Assembly: GCA_037441845.1 (NCBI GenBank)
Contig: JBBIRK010000004.1
Location: 64,001-128,000, forward strand
Reading direction: 5' to 3'
Origin: Candidatus Zixiibacteriota bacterium
GTDB taxonomy: Bacteria; Zixibacteria; MSB-5A5; UBA10806; 4484-95
DNA: 64,000 nucleotides
In this document: in pieces, positions 51,771 through 61,057 of the stretch
How positions within the stretch are numbered: position 1 is the first letter of the stretch
Layout: each line of letters starts with the position of its first letter
Notes under the pieces: model-generated
The model's input: the letters and a program-made list of their open reading frames with translations, nothing else
Database searches by the model: none
What the model was told of the DNA's origin: nothing
Made by a program: the position numbers and the translations under genes

Positions 51771-52913
51771 ATGACCCGCGGCCTGTTGATCATTGGAGGG
51801 GGATTGGCTCTCGCGCTTTCTCTTGCCTGCGCCGGAAGTCATCCGCATCTCGACATTTCGCCGGAAAATTATCCGCTTTATTCGTCATATAAGGGCGGGC
51901 CGGCACGAGCCGGAACTGTAGTCGGAGAGACCGGGCGGTCGCTGGAAAAACTTTGGCAGATTAAATTCAGACTTCCGCTTTATTATTCCCCGGCGATGGC
52001 GGACAATTATCTGTTTCAACCGGGATCGGATAAGAAAATCCATATCATCGATATAAACAACGGCAATGAAGTGGCCGAGATTAAACTTCGCCGACAACTC
52101 GGCTGCTCTCCAGAATTGGTCGATTCGCTCATGGCTATCTGCGAGGATGGCCCGCGAAGCCAGCTTTTGGTCGTTAATTATCTGGCCGGCAGAAAAGTCT
52201 GGAGTAAATCCACATTCGATCTATGTCTTCCACCGGCGATCGACGACGGCCGGATATTCTGGGCCGACGGACAGGGGAAAATCAATTGCGCCGATCTGTA
52301 TTCGGGCGAACTGATTTGGAGCGCCGACCTTAAGGAAAGACCGGACACCGGACCGGTGCTCGAAAAAGATCGTTTAATCGGCACTCTGGCCGATGGTTCA
52401 TTGATTTGCCTGAGCAGAAACGACGGCAAAATGATTTGGAAAACGCGAGGCGATAGGCGAACCAATTCGAGTCCCGCCATATCCGAAGATCGCATTTATG
52501 TTTGTTTCGGCGACGGCGGAGTCAGCTGTTTCGATATAAACAACGGAAATCAGATATGGAATCACGCGGATAAGCCGCGCTTGTTCTATTCTCCTTCGGT
52601 GGATTCAGACGGGGTATATTACGGCACGGGCGATGGCAGATTTGTGAAGCTCGATAAAAATAACGGATCGATCCTCTGGGAATATTCGACTTCGCTGCCG
52701 ATACGTGGGGCGGCGGCGATAACCGACAACGCCGCGATTTTTTCCAGCCTCGATTCGAAAGTGTATATGCTCGATAAGCGCACCGGTGACTTGCTGGCCG
52801 TAAATTCGACGGGAGGCATGGTGACCGCGGCACCGGCTGTTTGGGGCGGGCGCCTATTTATCGCCGGACAGGATAAAAATCTATATTGCTTTTTGCTTGG
52901 AGATCAGCAATGA
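51771..52913 (+). CDS. PQQ-like beta-propeller repeat protein (BamB-like), possible lipoprotein
   Basis: Repeated SSPA..G..DG.....D..G...W blades. Hydrophobic N-terminus followed by Cys. Confidence 0.85.
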   Translation: MTRGLLIIGGGLALALSLACAGSHPHLDISPENYPLYSSYKGGPARAGTVVGETGRSLEKLWQIKFRLPLYYSPAMADNYLFQPGSDKKIHIIDINNGNEVAEIKLRRQLGCSPELVDSLMAICEDGPRSQLLVVNYLAGRKVWSKSTFDLCLPPAIDDGRIFWADGQGKINCADLYSGELIWSADLKERPDTGPVLEKDRLIGTLADGSLICLSRNDGKMIWKTRGDRRTNSSPAISEDRIYVCFGDGGVSCFDINNGNQIWNHADKPRLFYSPSVDSDGVYYGTGDGRFVKLDKNNGSILWEYSTSLPIRGAAAITDNAAIFSSLDSKVYMLDKRTGDLLAVNSTGGMVTAAPAVWGGRLFIAGQDKNLYCFLLGDQQ

Positions 52914-55087
52914 ACGACAACGAGCAGATGGATTTGAAAAAAATATCCCTCGATATAGTAAGAGAGTTGTATTCGGCATCGCGGAAACTTGTGATGTATC
53001 CGCTCGGCCATCCCCAAACCAATGAAACCCTGAAAAAGTCGCTCGAACGGATGAATGAAGTATTTGCCGTAAAACGCTCGTTTTCGTTGCAAGTGTTTTC
53101 CAACAGGCTGGCGGCTGAGGGAATCTTGTTGGAGGAAAGCGTTTTTGTCAACGGTTTGTTGCTCGATTTGAAAAGGCATGAACTCGAGTCGGTGATGTTC
53201 TTGTCGGAATTGCTGCTGGGCGATTTATATCATTTTCTAAGCAAATTGCTCGATTCCAAAAGCCCTCTCCCGAATTACTTTCAGAAGTTTCTCGACAGCA
53301 AGGGAATAAGCACGATAAACATCAATGTCGCCAGGCCGCCGACACTATATGATTTCAATTCGGCCGGGCATGCGTTGGCGAATACCCGTTTCATGGTCTC
53401 GCATCGAATACAGGAGCTGGTGCGCTCCAATCCGCGGCTGGCGGCGTTGTTTTATTCGGGGTCGGTCGCCGGCGACAAAGTTCTGACCGAATTCTGCGGC
53501 GTCGATTTGCGTGCGGGTTACGTCAAAAGCCGGATGAGCGAAATCATTTCGGCCATGTCCGACGAAGAATTGGCAGAACTGTTTTCCGAAATCGCCCGTT
53601 CCGGTGTTCGAGACCGTTCCGAACCGGATCAAAAACTTCTCCGGGGTTTGGCGCAACTCTGGAATGATTGCTCGGACAGAGCCGATAAAAACGACTTTTG
53701 GCTTTTAATTCATGAGCGGCTCAAAGAATCCGGAATAAAAGGACCGTTGCTCGAACAAGTGTTCGATAAGAGCACCTTGACACGGGTCAACATTCTCAGC
53801 GACTTCGACGAGCTCGAAATTCAGTTGCGCCAGGAATCGGCTGCGCGTGTAGATGCCGTACTGCTTCGCACAACCGCGAAAAAACTCTTGGCCGCGGGGA
53901 TGGATCAACGGGTCGAAAGCATGTTCAAACTTTGTTTGAATTGGCTCAATTCCCCGATCGAGGAAACGCGGCAAAAGGGGGCGCGCCTTCTCACCGAGAT
54001 CATTTATATCACGCTCGAAAATCAAAAATGGGAGTCGACAAGTAAACTTATCAAGGAGATTCTCTGCGGCGCCGTTTCGTCGAAGTCGGGGACGGAAATC
54101 GTGGAGCTTATCGAAAAGGCGGTCGAAATCGCCGCCATGAACGGACGCTGGGCGGAACTCAAATATGCGCTGCAATCTTTGAAAGGATTGGCAGGGGATA
54201 CCCGGTCGAATAAGGAGATGGCCGCCGCCGCAAAACTGGCGGCTTTGAGGCAGTCCTCGGTTTTGCTGGATATACTAAGCGAAGCGGTTATCAGCGGCAA
54301 AGGGGGTTCCGACCTGTATGATTCGATCGCCACTCTCGGCTCGCCCAAATTGGCCTCGATTTTCATCGAAAAAGTCGATTGCCCGGGCAAAGAAACCAGA
54401 GCGCGTTTGATTCGCGCCTTGGCCGCCATGGGCAAAGAGGCCGGTCCGCAGGCTACGGAATCATTATCGACGGTTATCGGCGCCGGTGAAAAAAACGACG
54501 ATCGAACCTGGTGGCGTATAAGAAACCTGTTGAGGATTCTCGGCACGATAAAATATCAAGAGGCGATTCCCTATTTCGAGATCGTGGCCGGATGGAAACA
54601 GAAGCGGATAAAGCTCGAACTTATCGGGACGCTCGAGGCATTGCAATCCCCGATTGCCGGACCTTTGCTTTCTCGGTTGGCCGAGGAAAAGGATGTCGAA
54701 ATCCGGCGGGCCGCGATTGCGGCGATGGGGAATTCTGGCCATCCCGATATGGCCGGCTATCTTAAGAATTTGCTTTTGATGGAAAAGACCGATCATTTGC
54801 CGATTATCGCCTCGCTCGGCAGGTTGGGCGGGGCCAAGGCGCGGGATATTTTAATCGACTTTTACGAGAACGATGACCATATCCAATCTCTTGAGCTCGG
54901 GAAAAAGGAAGAAGATAATTTGAGGATGGCGATAATAAAGTCGCTTTCTAAAATAGGCGATGAAATTTCGACAAGCAAAGTCGATCAATTCAGTAAACAA
55001 TGGTTGAGCAAAAGCTCCCGCAAAGGTGACTTACTTACCAGCACCGCCAAACTGCTCTTAGGCGAAATCGCCAAGGGGCGGGAATAG
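52910..55087 (+). CDS. HEAT-repeat protein
   Basis: N-terminal MYP.GHP motif. C-terminal R..AI.ALG repeats. ATGA overlap with the upstream gene. Confidence 0.75.
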   Translation: MNDNEQMDLKKISLDIVRELYSASRKLVMYPLGHPQTNETLKKSLERMNEVFAVKRSFSLQVFSNRLAAEGILLEESVFVNGLLLDLKRHELESVMFLSELLLGDLYHFLSKLLDSKSPLPNYFQKFLDSKGISTININVARPPTLYDFNSAGHALANTRFMVSHRIQELVRSNPRLAALFYSGSVAGDKVLTEFCGVDLRAGYVKSRMSEIISAMSDEELAELFSEIARSGVRDRSEPDQKLLRGLAQLWNDCSDRADKNDFWLLIHERLKESGIKGPLLEQVFDKSTLTRVNILSDFDELEIQLRQESAARVDAVLLRTTAKKLLAAGMDQRVESMFKLCLNWLNSPIEETRQKGARLLTEIIYITLENQKWESTSKLIKEILCGAVSSKSGTEIVELIEKAVEIAAMNGRWAELKYALQSLKGLAGDTRSNKEMAAAAKLAALRQSSVLLDILSEAVISGKGGSDLYDSIATLGSPKLASIFIEKVDCPGKETRARLIRALAAMGKEAGPQATESLSTVIGAGEKNDDRTWWRIRNLLRILGTIKYQEAIPYFEIVAGWKQKRIKLELIGTLEALQSPIAGPLLSRLAEEKDVEIRRAAIAAMGNSGHPDMAGYLKNLLLMEKTDHLPIIASLGRLGGAKARDILIDFYENDDHIQSLELGKKEEDNLRMAIIKSLSKIGDEISTSKVDQFSKQWLSKSSRKGDLLTSTAKLLLGEIAKGRE

Positions 55088-55127
55088 ACGGGCCACGATC
55101 AAGACCACATTTACAGAGGTATAAGGC

Positions 55128-55200
55128 TGCCGTATTGGCGGTGGTTGTCAATTTGGCAGTAGTGTTATGCCCTAATGGCATTGATTCTGTCATGTAGGCA
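55128..55200. repeat. Four TG(C/T)C-N5-GGC(A/G) palindromic sites, candidate upstream activator sequences
   Basis: TGCCGTATTGGCG (55128), TGTCAATTTGGCA (55146), TGCCCTAATGGCA (55168), TGTCATGTAGGCA (55188). Confidence 0.7.
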
Positions 55201-55257
55201 GTAATATCGTCGTGTTTTAATAGTAATTACCATCTGAATTGCTTGTAAGATTTTATA

Positions 55258-55270
55258 TATCAACATTTTA
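55258..55270 (+). promoter_or_regulatory. IHF binding site
   Basis: TATCAACATTTTA matches WATCAANNNNTTR exactly, between the palindromes and the sigma54 site. Confidence 0.65.
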
Positions 55271-55276
55271 CACTAT

Positions 55277-55293
55277 TTGGCATGTCCGTTGCA
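55277..55293 (+). promoter_or_regulatory. sigma54 (-24/-12) promoter of the heat-shock cluster
   Basis: TTGGCATGTCCGTTGCA is near-consensus TGGCAC-N5-TTGCA. Confidence 0.78.
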
Positions 55294-55337
55294 CTATTCC
55301 CGGGCAAAAGAATAAAATTGAAAAAGGAGATGAAAAA

Positions 55338-55673
55338 ATGAATAACAAAGAATCAAACCTGATCTTTATTCCGCCTACGGAAATAAGCGAAAATGGGGAC
55401 AACTACACGATTACCATGGAGATTCCCGGACTCGATAAGGCCGATATCAAAATCTGGCTGGAAAATAACGAGTTGACGGTCATCGCCGAGAAAAAGCTCG
55501 ATTCGGAGGGTCGCCTGTATGCCGAGCGTATCGGCGGAAGTTTCGCCCGGTGGTTCGTGTTGCCGGAAAATGTCGAGGCCGCCAAAATGGAGGCCGAGTA
55601 CGTTGACGGCGTAATCAAGATCGTGATCCCGAAAAGCGAAAAATCCAGAGCGAGAACAATAACGATAAAATAA
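55338..55673 (+). CDS. Small heat-shock protein Hsp20 (short form)
   Basis: EIPG, ER..G.FAR.F.LP, A.Y.DGV..I.IPK, C-terminal ITIK. AAGGAG SD. Confidence 0.9.
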   Translation: MNNKESNLIFIPPTEISENGDNYTITMEIPGLDKADIKIWLENNELTVIAEKKLDSEGRLYAERIGGSFARWFVLPENVEAAKMEAEYVDGVIKIVIPKSEKSRARTITIK

Positions 55674-55696
55674 TTTAATCAAAAAAAGGAGGAGTT

Positions 55697-56134
55697 ATGA
55701 AAAGCTTAATCAAATCCGGTTCGCGTCTTGGCTGGGCGCTGCATGATCTGCGCGATGAATTCGAAAGGGTATTCAGGGATTTCGAAAGCCCATTTGATCC
55801 CGATGGAAGGACCTGGTCGCCCGCGATCGATATCGCCGATAAGGACGACAAGCTGGTGCTTACCGCCGAGCTTCCTGGAATGCAGAAGAGCGATGTCAAA
55901 ATCGATCTTCAGGACAACGTGTTGACGATCGAGGGCGAGAAGCGCTATAAGAACGAGGAGAACAAAGCCAACTACTATCGGTGCGAGCGGGCCTATGGCA
56001 AGTTCAGCCGCAGTTTCACTCTGCCGCTTAAGATCGACACCGCCGCCGTCACCGCGGAGTTCAAGGACGGGGTGTTGACGATCACCATGCCTAAGACCGA
56101 GGATGCCAAGCCGCGGCAGATCGAAATCAAATAA
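55697..56134 (+). CDS. Small heat-shock protein Hsp20
   Basis: WSPAIDI, AELPG, ERAYGKFSRSFTLP, FKDGVLTI.MPK, IEIK. Confidence 0.96.
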   Translation: MKSLIKSGSRLGWALHDLRDEFERVFRDFESPFDPDGRTWSPAIDIADKDDKLVLTAELPGMQKSDVKIDLQDNVLTIEGEKRYKNEENKANYYRCERAYGKFSRSFTLPLKIDTAAVTAEFKDGVLTITMPKTEDAKPRQIEIK

Positions 56135-56153
56135 CCGCGGCAAGAGGCAGCCG

Positions 56154-56197
56154 AATCGCCGGTGTTCGTTTTCGAAAAGCCGAGGACACCGGCGATT
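56154..56197 (+). terminator. Long stem-loop after hsp20 (terminator or mRNA stabiliser)
   Basis: AATCGCCGGTGTTC / GGACACCGGCGATT inverted repeat with only a short T tail. Confidence 0.55.
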
Positions 56198-56298
56198 TTC
56201 CACAATAAGTCTTGAGGCGGACCCGAAACATGTCTTATTATCGGCCGTAGAAAAGCAGGAACCTAAACCCGAATAAATATCGAGACTGGAGCAATCAA

Positions 56299-57099
56299 AT
56301 GTCAGATGATGATATCAAGAAAATCGTGCGAGAAAAATACGGCCGACTGGTCCGCCAATCCTCAAGTTGCTGCCAACCATCCGGTCAATCATGTTGCGGC
56401 GGAACTTCGACCAAAGATATCGGCAGGAATATCGGCTATTCCGAGAGTGAGTTGTCGAGTGTTCCGGACGATGCGAACCTCGGTCTGGGTTGCGGCAATC
56501 CCACCGCGATCGCATCGCTGAAAGAAGGCGAGACCGTGCTTGATCTCGGCTCCGGGGCCGGATTCGATTGTTTCCTTGCCGCCAATAAGGTGGGCGCCGA
56601 GGGCAAAGTGATCGGTGTCGATATGACCCCGGATATGATCTTCAAAGCCCGCGATAATGCGCGTAAGAACGGTTACGCCAATGTCGAATTCAGACTCGGG
56701 GAACTCGAGAATCTGCCGGTTGCCGACAGCAGTATCGACGTAGCCATATCCAATTGCGTAATCAACCTGGTGCCCGATAAGAAAAAAGTCTTCGGCGAGT
56801 TGTATCGCGCATTGAAACCGGGTGGGAGATTCATAATTTCCGATATCGTCCTAACTCGGCCTCTTCCCGAACGGATTAGGCAGTCGATTACTGCATATGT
56901 GGGCTGTGTGGCCGGCGCGGTTCTCAAAGAAGAATACCTTGCCATAATGAAACAGGCGGGTTTCGCTCAGATCGAGATAGCCGCAGAAAAAGAGTACGAT
57001 ACGTGGTCTTTGGGAATCGAAAATTCGGACGGGCAATCCGCCGATGATTCTGAGGCGGGAGTCTTAAGCATGACCGTAAAGGGCGTAAAGCCTTCGTAA
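56299..57099 (+). CDS. arsM: Arsenite methyltransferase-like SAM methyltransferase
   Basis: N-terminal CC...[34 protein letters not shown]. Confidence 0.9.
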   Translation: MSDDDIKKIVREKYGRLVRQSSSCCQPSGQSCCGGTSTKDIGRNIGYSESELSSVPDDANLGLGCGNPTAIASLKEGETVLDLGSGAGFDCFLAANKVGAEGKVIGVDMTPDMIFKARDNARKNGYANVEFRLGELENLPVADSSIDVAISNCVINLVPDKKKVFGELYRALKPGGRFIISDIVLTRPLPERIRQSITAYVGCVAGAVLKEEYLAIMKQAGFAQIEIAAEKEYDTWSLGIENSDGQSADDSEAGVLSMTVKGVKPS

Positions 57100-57168
57100 A
57101 ACATTAAAGTCCGGATATGCGAAGTATCCGGCCGACAATCGAAAAAAAGATAATCGAGGTGAAAGAAA

Positions 57169-59076
57169 ATGTCTAAGATAATCGGCATAGATCTCGGAAC
57201 CACCAATTCGTGCGTGGCCGTGATGGAGGCCGGCGAGCCGAAAGTAATCGCCAACTCAGAGGGTTCGCGCACTACACCATCGGTGGTGGCAATCGCGAAA
57301 AACGGCGAACGCCTGATCGGCCAGCTGGCCAAAAGACAGGCGGTCACCAATCCCGAAAACACCGTTTTCTCGGTCAAGCGATTCATGGGGCGACAGTATT
57401 CGGAAGTCACCAACGAAATCCGCAATTTCCCTTATAAGGTGGTCGAAGGGCCTAACGGTGACTGCCGAATCCGTATGGCGGGTAAAGAATACTCGCCGCC
57501 GGAAATTTCCGCGATGATCCTCCAGAAAATGAAACAAACCGCCGAGGATTATCTTGGCGAAAAAGTCACCCGCGCCGTAATTACGGTTCCGGCGTATTTC
57601 AACGACGCTCAAAGGAAAGCCACCCGCGATGCCGGCGCGATCGCCGGACTCGAGGTTCTGCGCATTATCAACGAGCCCACCGCAGCGGCGTTGGCCTACG
57701 GGCTCGATAAAAAGAAAAACGAGAAAATCGCCGTCTATGATCTCGGTGGAGGAACGTTCGACATATCGATTCTCGAGCTGGGCGATGGTGTTTTCGAGGT
57801 GCGTTCGACCAACGGCGATACGCATCTGGGAGGCGATGATTTCGACAAACGCCTTACCGATTGGCTGATCGACGAATTCAAGAAATCGGACGGTATCGAC
57901 ATTTCCAAAGATCCGATGGCCTTGCAAAGGTTGAAGGAAGCCGCGGAGAAAGCCAAGATCGAGTTGTCGTCAACTCAGGAAACTCAGATTAATCTTCCTT
58001 TTATAACCGCCGACGCCAACGGCCCCAGGCATTTGAATATCTCGCTTACCCGTTCGAAATTCGAACAGCTGGTCGATGACCTTATCGAACGGACGATAGA
58101 TCCTTGCCGCAAGGCGCTGGAAGACGCCAAGCTCACGGTGGGTGATATCGATGAGGTAATCCTGGTAGGCGGGATGACCAGGATGCCGAAAGTTATCGAG
58201 ACCGTGGCCAGATTTTTCGCCAAGGAGCCTCATCGAGGTGTGAATCCCGACGAAGTAGTCGCCGTCGGCGCGGCGATCCAGGGCGCGGTCTTGGCCGGCG
58301 ATGTCAAGGACGTGTTACTGCTCGACGTTACCCCGTTGTCGCTCGGGATCGAAACCCTGGGCGGAGTGTTCACGAAATTGATCGAGCGCAATACCACGAT
58401 TCCGACCCGCAAGGCCGAGATCTTTTCCACCGCCGCCGACAATCAGACCTCGGTGGAAATTCATGTATTGCAGGGCGAAAGGCCGATGGCTATAGACAAT
58501 AAGACGATCGGCAGATTCCAGCTCGACGGCATACCGCCGGCTCCGCGGGGAATTCCCCAGATCGAGGTCACTTTCGATATCGATGCCAACGGCATTCTCA
58601 ACGTCTCGGCGCTGGACAAGGCGACCGGACGCGCTCAGTCGATTCGGATTCAGGCGTCCTCCGGCTTGACCGAACAGGAAATTCAAAAAATGGTGAAAGA
58701 CGCCCAGGCGCATGAGGCCGAGGATAAAATCAAACGGGAAAAAATCGAGGCGGTCAATTCGGGCGATTCCCTTGCATACCAAATAGAGAAGCAGTTGCGC
58801 GAATTGGGGGACAAACTCGATTCGGACCAAAAGGCGAAACTTCAAGCGGCGATAGACCGTCTCAAGGATGCCGTAAAACGCCAAGATGTGAACGAAATCA
58901 AATCGGCCAGCGACGCCGTGAATTTGATAATGCACGATATTTCGGCCAAGCTCTATGCCAAGACGACGGCCGGGGCCGGCAGAGAATCGGCCGGGGGCAA
59001 TGGCGATAAGCCCAAGGTCGAAACCGGCAACGAATCGAGCAAAGCGGTGGATGCCGATTTCGAGGTGGTAAACTGA
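57169..59076 (+). CDS. dnaK: Chaperone DnaK
   Basis: [45 protein letters not shown]-terminal DADFE. Confidence 0.99.
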   Translation: MSKIIGIDLGTTNSCVAVMEAGEPKVIANSEGSRTTPSVVAIAKNGERLIGQLAKRQAVTNPENTVFSVKRFMGRQYSEVTNEIRNFPYKVVEGPNGDCRIRMAGKEYSPPEISAMILQKMKQTAEDYLGEKVTRAVITVPAYFNDAQRKATRDAGAIAGLEVLRIINEPTAAALAYGLDKKKNEKIAVYDLGGGTFDISILELGDGVFEVRSTNGDTHLGGDDFDKRLTDWLIDEFKKSDGIDISKDPMALQRLKEAAEKAKIELSSTQETQINLPFITADANGPRHLNISLTRSKFEQLVDDLIERTIDPCRKALEDAKLTVGDIDEVILVGGMTRMPKVIETVARFFAKEPHRGVNPDEVVAVGAAIQGAVLAGDVKDVLLLDVTPLSLGIETLGGVFTKLIERNTTIPTRKAEIFSTAADNQTSVEIHVLQGERPMAIDNKTIGRFQLDGIPPAPRGIPQIEVTFDIDANGILNVSALDKATGRAQSIRIQASSGLTEQEIQKMVKDAQAHEAEDKIKREKIEAVNSGDSLAYQIEKQLRELGDKLDSDQKAKLQAAIDRLKDAVKRQDVNEIKSASDAVNLIMHDISAKLYAKTTAGAGRESAGGNGDKPKVETGNESSKAVDADFEVVN

Positions 59077-59095
59077 TCTGTGCAGGAGGCCGAAT

Positions 59096-59317
59096 ATGCC
59101 TACTTATCAATACGAATGTCGGGAATGTCGGAAGTTTTTCGATGCCTATGTTCCAATAAAAAATCGCGACTCGGCGCGCTGCCCGACCTGCGGCAATACC
59201 GCCCGCAGGTTGATATCGCCGGGCGCCGGTTTTCTGTTCAAAGGGTCAGGGTTCTATGTGACCGATTATCGGAGCAAAGAGTATGAGGAGAAACGAAAGG
59301 CCGAAGTTGGAAAGTGA
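59096..59317 (+). CDS. FmdB-family zinc-ribbon protein
   Basis: MPTYQYECREC...CPTCG...FKGSGFYVTDY. GGAGG SD. Confidence 0.9.
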   Translation: MPTYQYECRECRKFFDAYVPIKNRDSARCPTCGNTARRLISPGAGFLFKGSGFYVTDYRSKEYEEKRKAEVGK

Positions 59318-59423
59318 GATTCAACCGGGGGTCGGTCGGCAGAGCAGGGAAATTCTAATGGGCAGCGCGAATCGCTGCTTGAAATGCCGATTGTTCCAGT
59401 GATTTTAAATACCTGCGAAGGCC

Positions 59424-60560
59424 ATGGCTGATTATTACAAAATTCTGGAGGTGCCGGAAACGGCCTCCGCCGAGGATATCAAGAAAGCCTACCGCCGTCT
59501 GGCCAAGAAATATCACCCTGACGCCAATCCGAACAACCGACAGGCGGAAGCGAAATTCAAGGAGATTTCGGAAGCGCACAACGTGCTGTCGGACCCCGAA
59601 AAAAGGCGCCAGTATGATATGATGCGCCGCTACGGAGGCTCTTTCGCTTCCGGAGATTTCGGCGGCTCGGCCAAAGGATACTCTTTCGAGGACATAATGT
59701 CGATGTTCGGCCGACGGGGGCCGTCGAGGGATCCTTTCGAGGCGGAAGGTTTCGGATCGTTCGCCGATATTTTCTCGTCGTTGTTCGGCGCCGGCGCCGA
59801 TTCACCATTCGGATTCCAATACCAATCCGCCGCTCCCGGAAGCGGGTCCGATGTGGTAGCGGATATCGAGATATCGTTCGAAGAATCGGTGAAGGGGACG
59901 GAAAAAACGATCCGTATCGAGCATGAGGAGGCCTGCGATGTCTGTGGCGGCGGCGGAATGGTCGCAGACAGTGCGGTTTCGACATGTCCTGAATGCGGCG
60001 GCCGTGGTTATATCGTATTTTCGCAGGGTTCTTTTTCGGTCACTCGCCCCTGTCCGAGGTGTTTGGGGCGCGGTCGTGTGGGGGGATCGACTTGCCGGGC
60101 TTGCGGCGGAACCGGAAATAAAACCGTTCCCAGAAGTATAAAAGTGAAAATTCCTCCGGGAATAGAATCCGGCGGCAGAATCAGATTGGCCGGCATGGGC
60201 AAGCGGGGCAAAAACGGCGGCCCGAACGGCGATCTTTATCTTGAGGTAACCGTTAAACAGAACGAATTTTTCTGGAGAGAGGGCAAAGATATATACAGTC
60301 GGGTGCCGATAACCTTAAAAGACGCGGTTCTGGGAGGAAAAATAAAGGTGAGGACCATCGGGGGATTAGTACTCGTTTCGATTCCACCCGGAACGTCTTC
60401 CGGTCAGCGTTTCCGTCTGAAAGGAAAGGGAATCGCGCTGAACGGCAGCAAAGGTGATCATTATATTGAAGTCAATGTGGAGATACCAAAGCGGTTAACC
60501 GAAGAGCAAATCGCGTTGTTCAAGAAATTCGCTGATACGCTCAAACCCGAGCAAGGATAA
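59424..60560 (+). CDS. dnaJ: Chaperone DnaJ
   Basis: J-domain HPD, G/F region, four CxxCxGxG repeats, GDLY. Confidence 0.96.
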   Translation: MADYYKILEVPETASAEDIKKAYRRLAKKYHPDANPNNRQAEAKFKEISEAHNVLSDPEKRRQYDMMRRYGGSFASGDFGGSAKGYSFEDIMSMFGRRGPSRDPFEAEGFGSFADIFSSLFGAGADSPFGFQYQSAAPGSGSDVVADIEISFEESVKGTEKTIRIEHEEACDVCGGGGMVADSAVSTCPECGGRGYIVFSQGSFSVTRPCPRCLGRGRVGGSTCRACGGTGNKTVPRSIKVKIPPGIESGGRIRLAGMGKRGKNGGPNGDLYLEVTVKQNEFFWREGKDIYSRVPITLKDAVLGGKIKVRTIGGLVLVSIPPGTSSGQRFRLKGKGIALNGSKGDHYIEVNVEIPKRLTEEQIALFKKFADTLKPEQG

Positions 60561-60562
60561 CG

Positions 60563-61012
60563 ATGGCTGTGACCGAAACATTTATAATCAAAGGGCTTCC
60601 GGAAAGCAACGAAATCCAGGATTCGTTCGACCGGGCCGAGTATTTCGAGACCGTTTTGAAATGTCGGGTGTTTCTTGAAAGCTGGCTGGCGGAGTATATA
60701 TTCGTGCTCTTGTTCCCCGATAGAAAAATGGCCACCCGGGAAAACAGAAAATTCGTTTCCGAACGATTCGGCGACATGTTTTATCAGATAATGTGGCTCA
60801 AAGAAGAAGGGCATATAAGCCGCAACTTATACGAGCATCTGAATCAGATTCGGAAACTCTCCGACCAAATTTTTCAAAAAGGAGACGTGCTTAAAGTCCT
60901 CTCGAAAAAGGAACTCAAGGATTTCGTGGTCGCCTGTATTGAGTATTGCGCAAAATTCAAAAAGCTTACGGAACAGGCAATAAATAGAGGTTTCGGCGAA
61001 GAGGACTTTTAA
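60563..61012 (+). CDS. Hypothetical helical protein
   Basis: 149-aa ORF tightly packed between dnaJ and clpB. Confidence 0.7.
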   Translation: MAVTETFIIKGLPESNEIQDSFDRAEYFETVLKCRVFLESWLAEYIFVLLFPDRKMATRENRKFVSERFGDMFYQIMWLKEEGHISRNLYEHLNQIRKLSDQIFQKGDVLKVLSKKELKDFVVACIEYCAKFKKLTEQAINRGFGEEDF

Positions 61013-61057
61013 TGCAACCACACGGGCGACGCAGAAGATAAGCGGGAATATGGAAAT

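Noticed and set aside
55088..55337. CIRCE element or CRISPR-like array at the repeated motifs
   Set aside because: No TTAGCACTC-N9-GAGTGCTAA. The repeats are 13-bp degenerate palindromes with 5-9 bp gaps and no cas genes.
59377..59410. sigma32-like CTTGAA upstream of dnaJ
   Set aside because: No matching CCCCAT -10 element.
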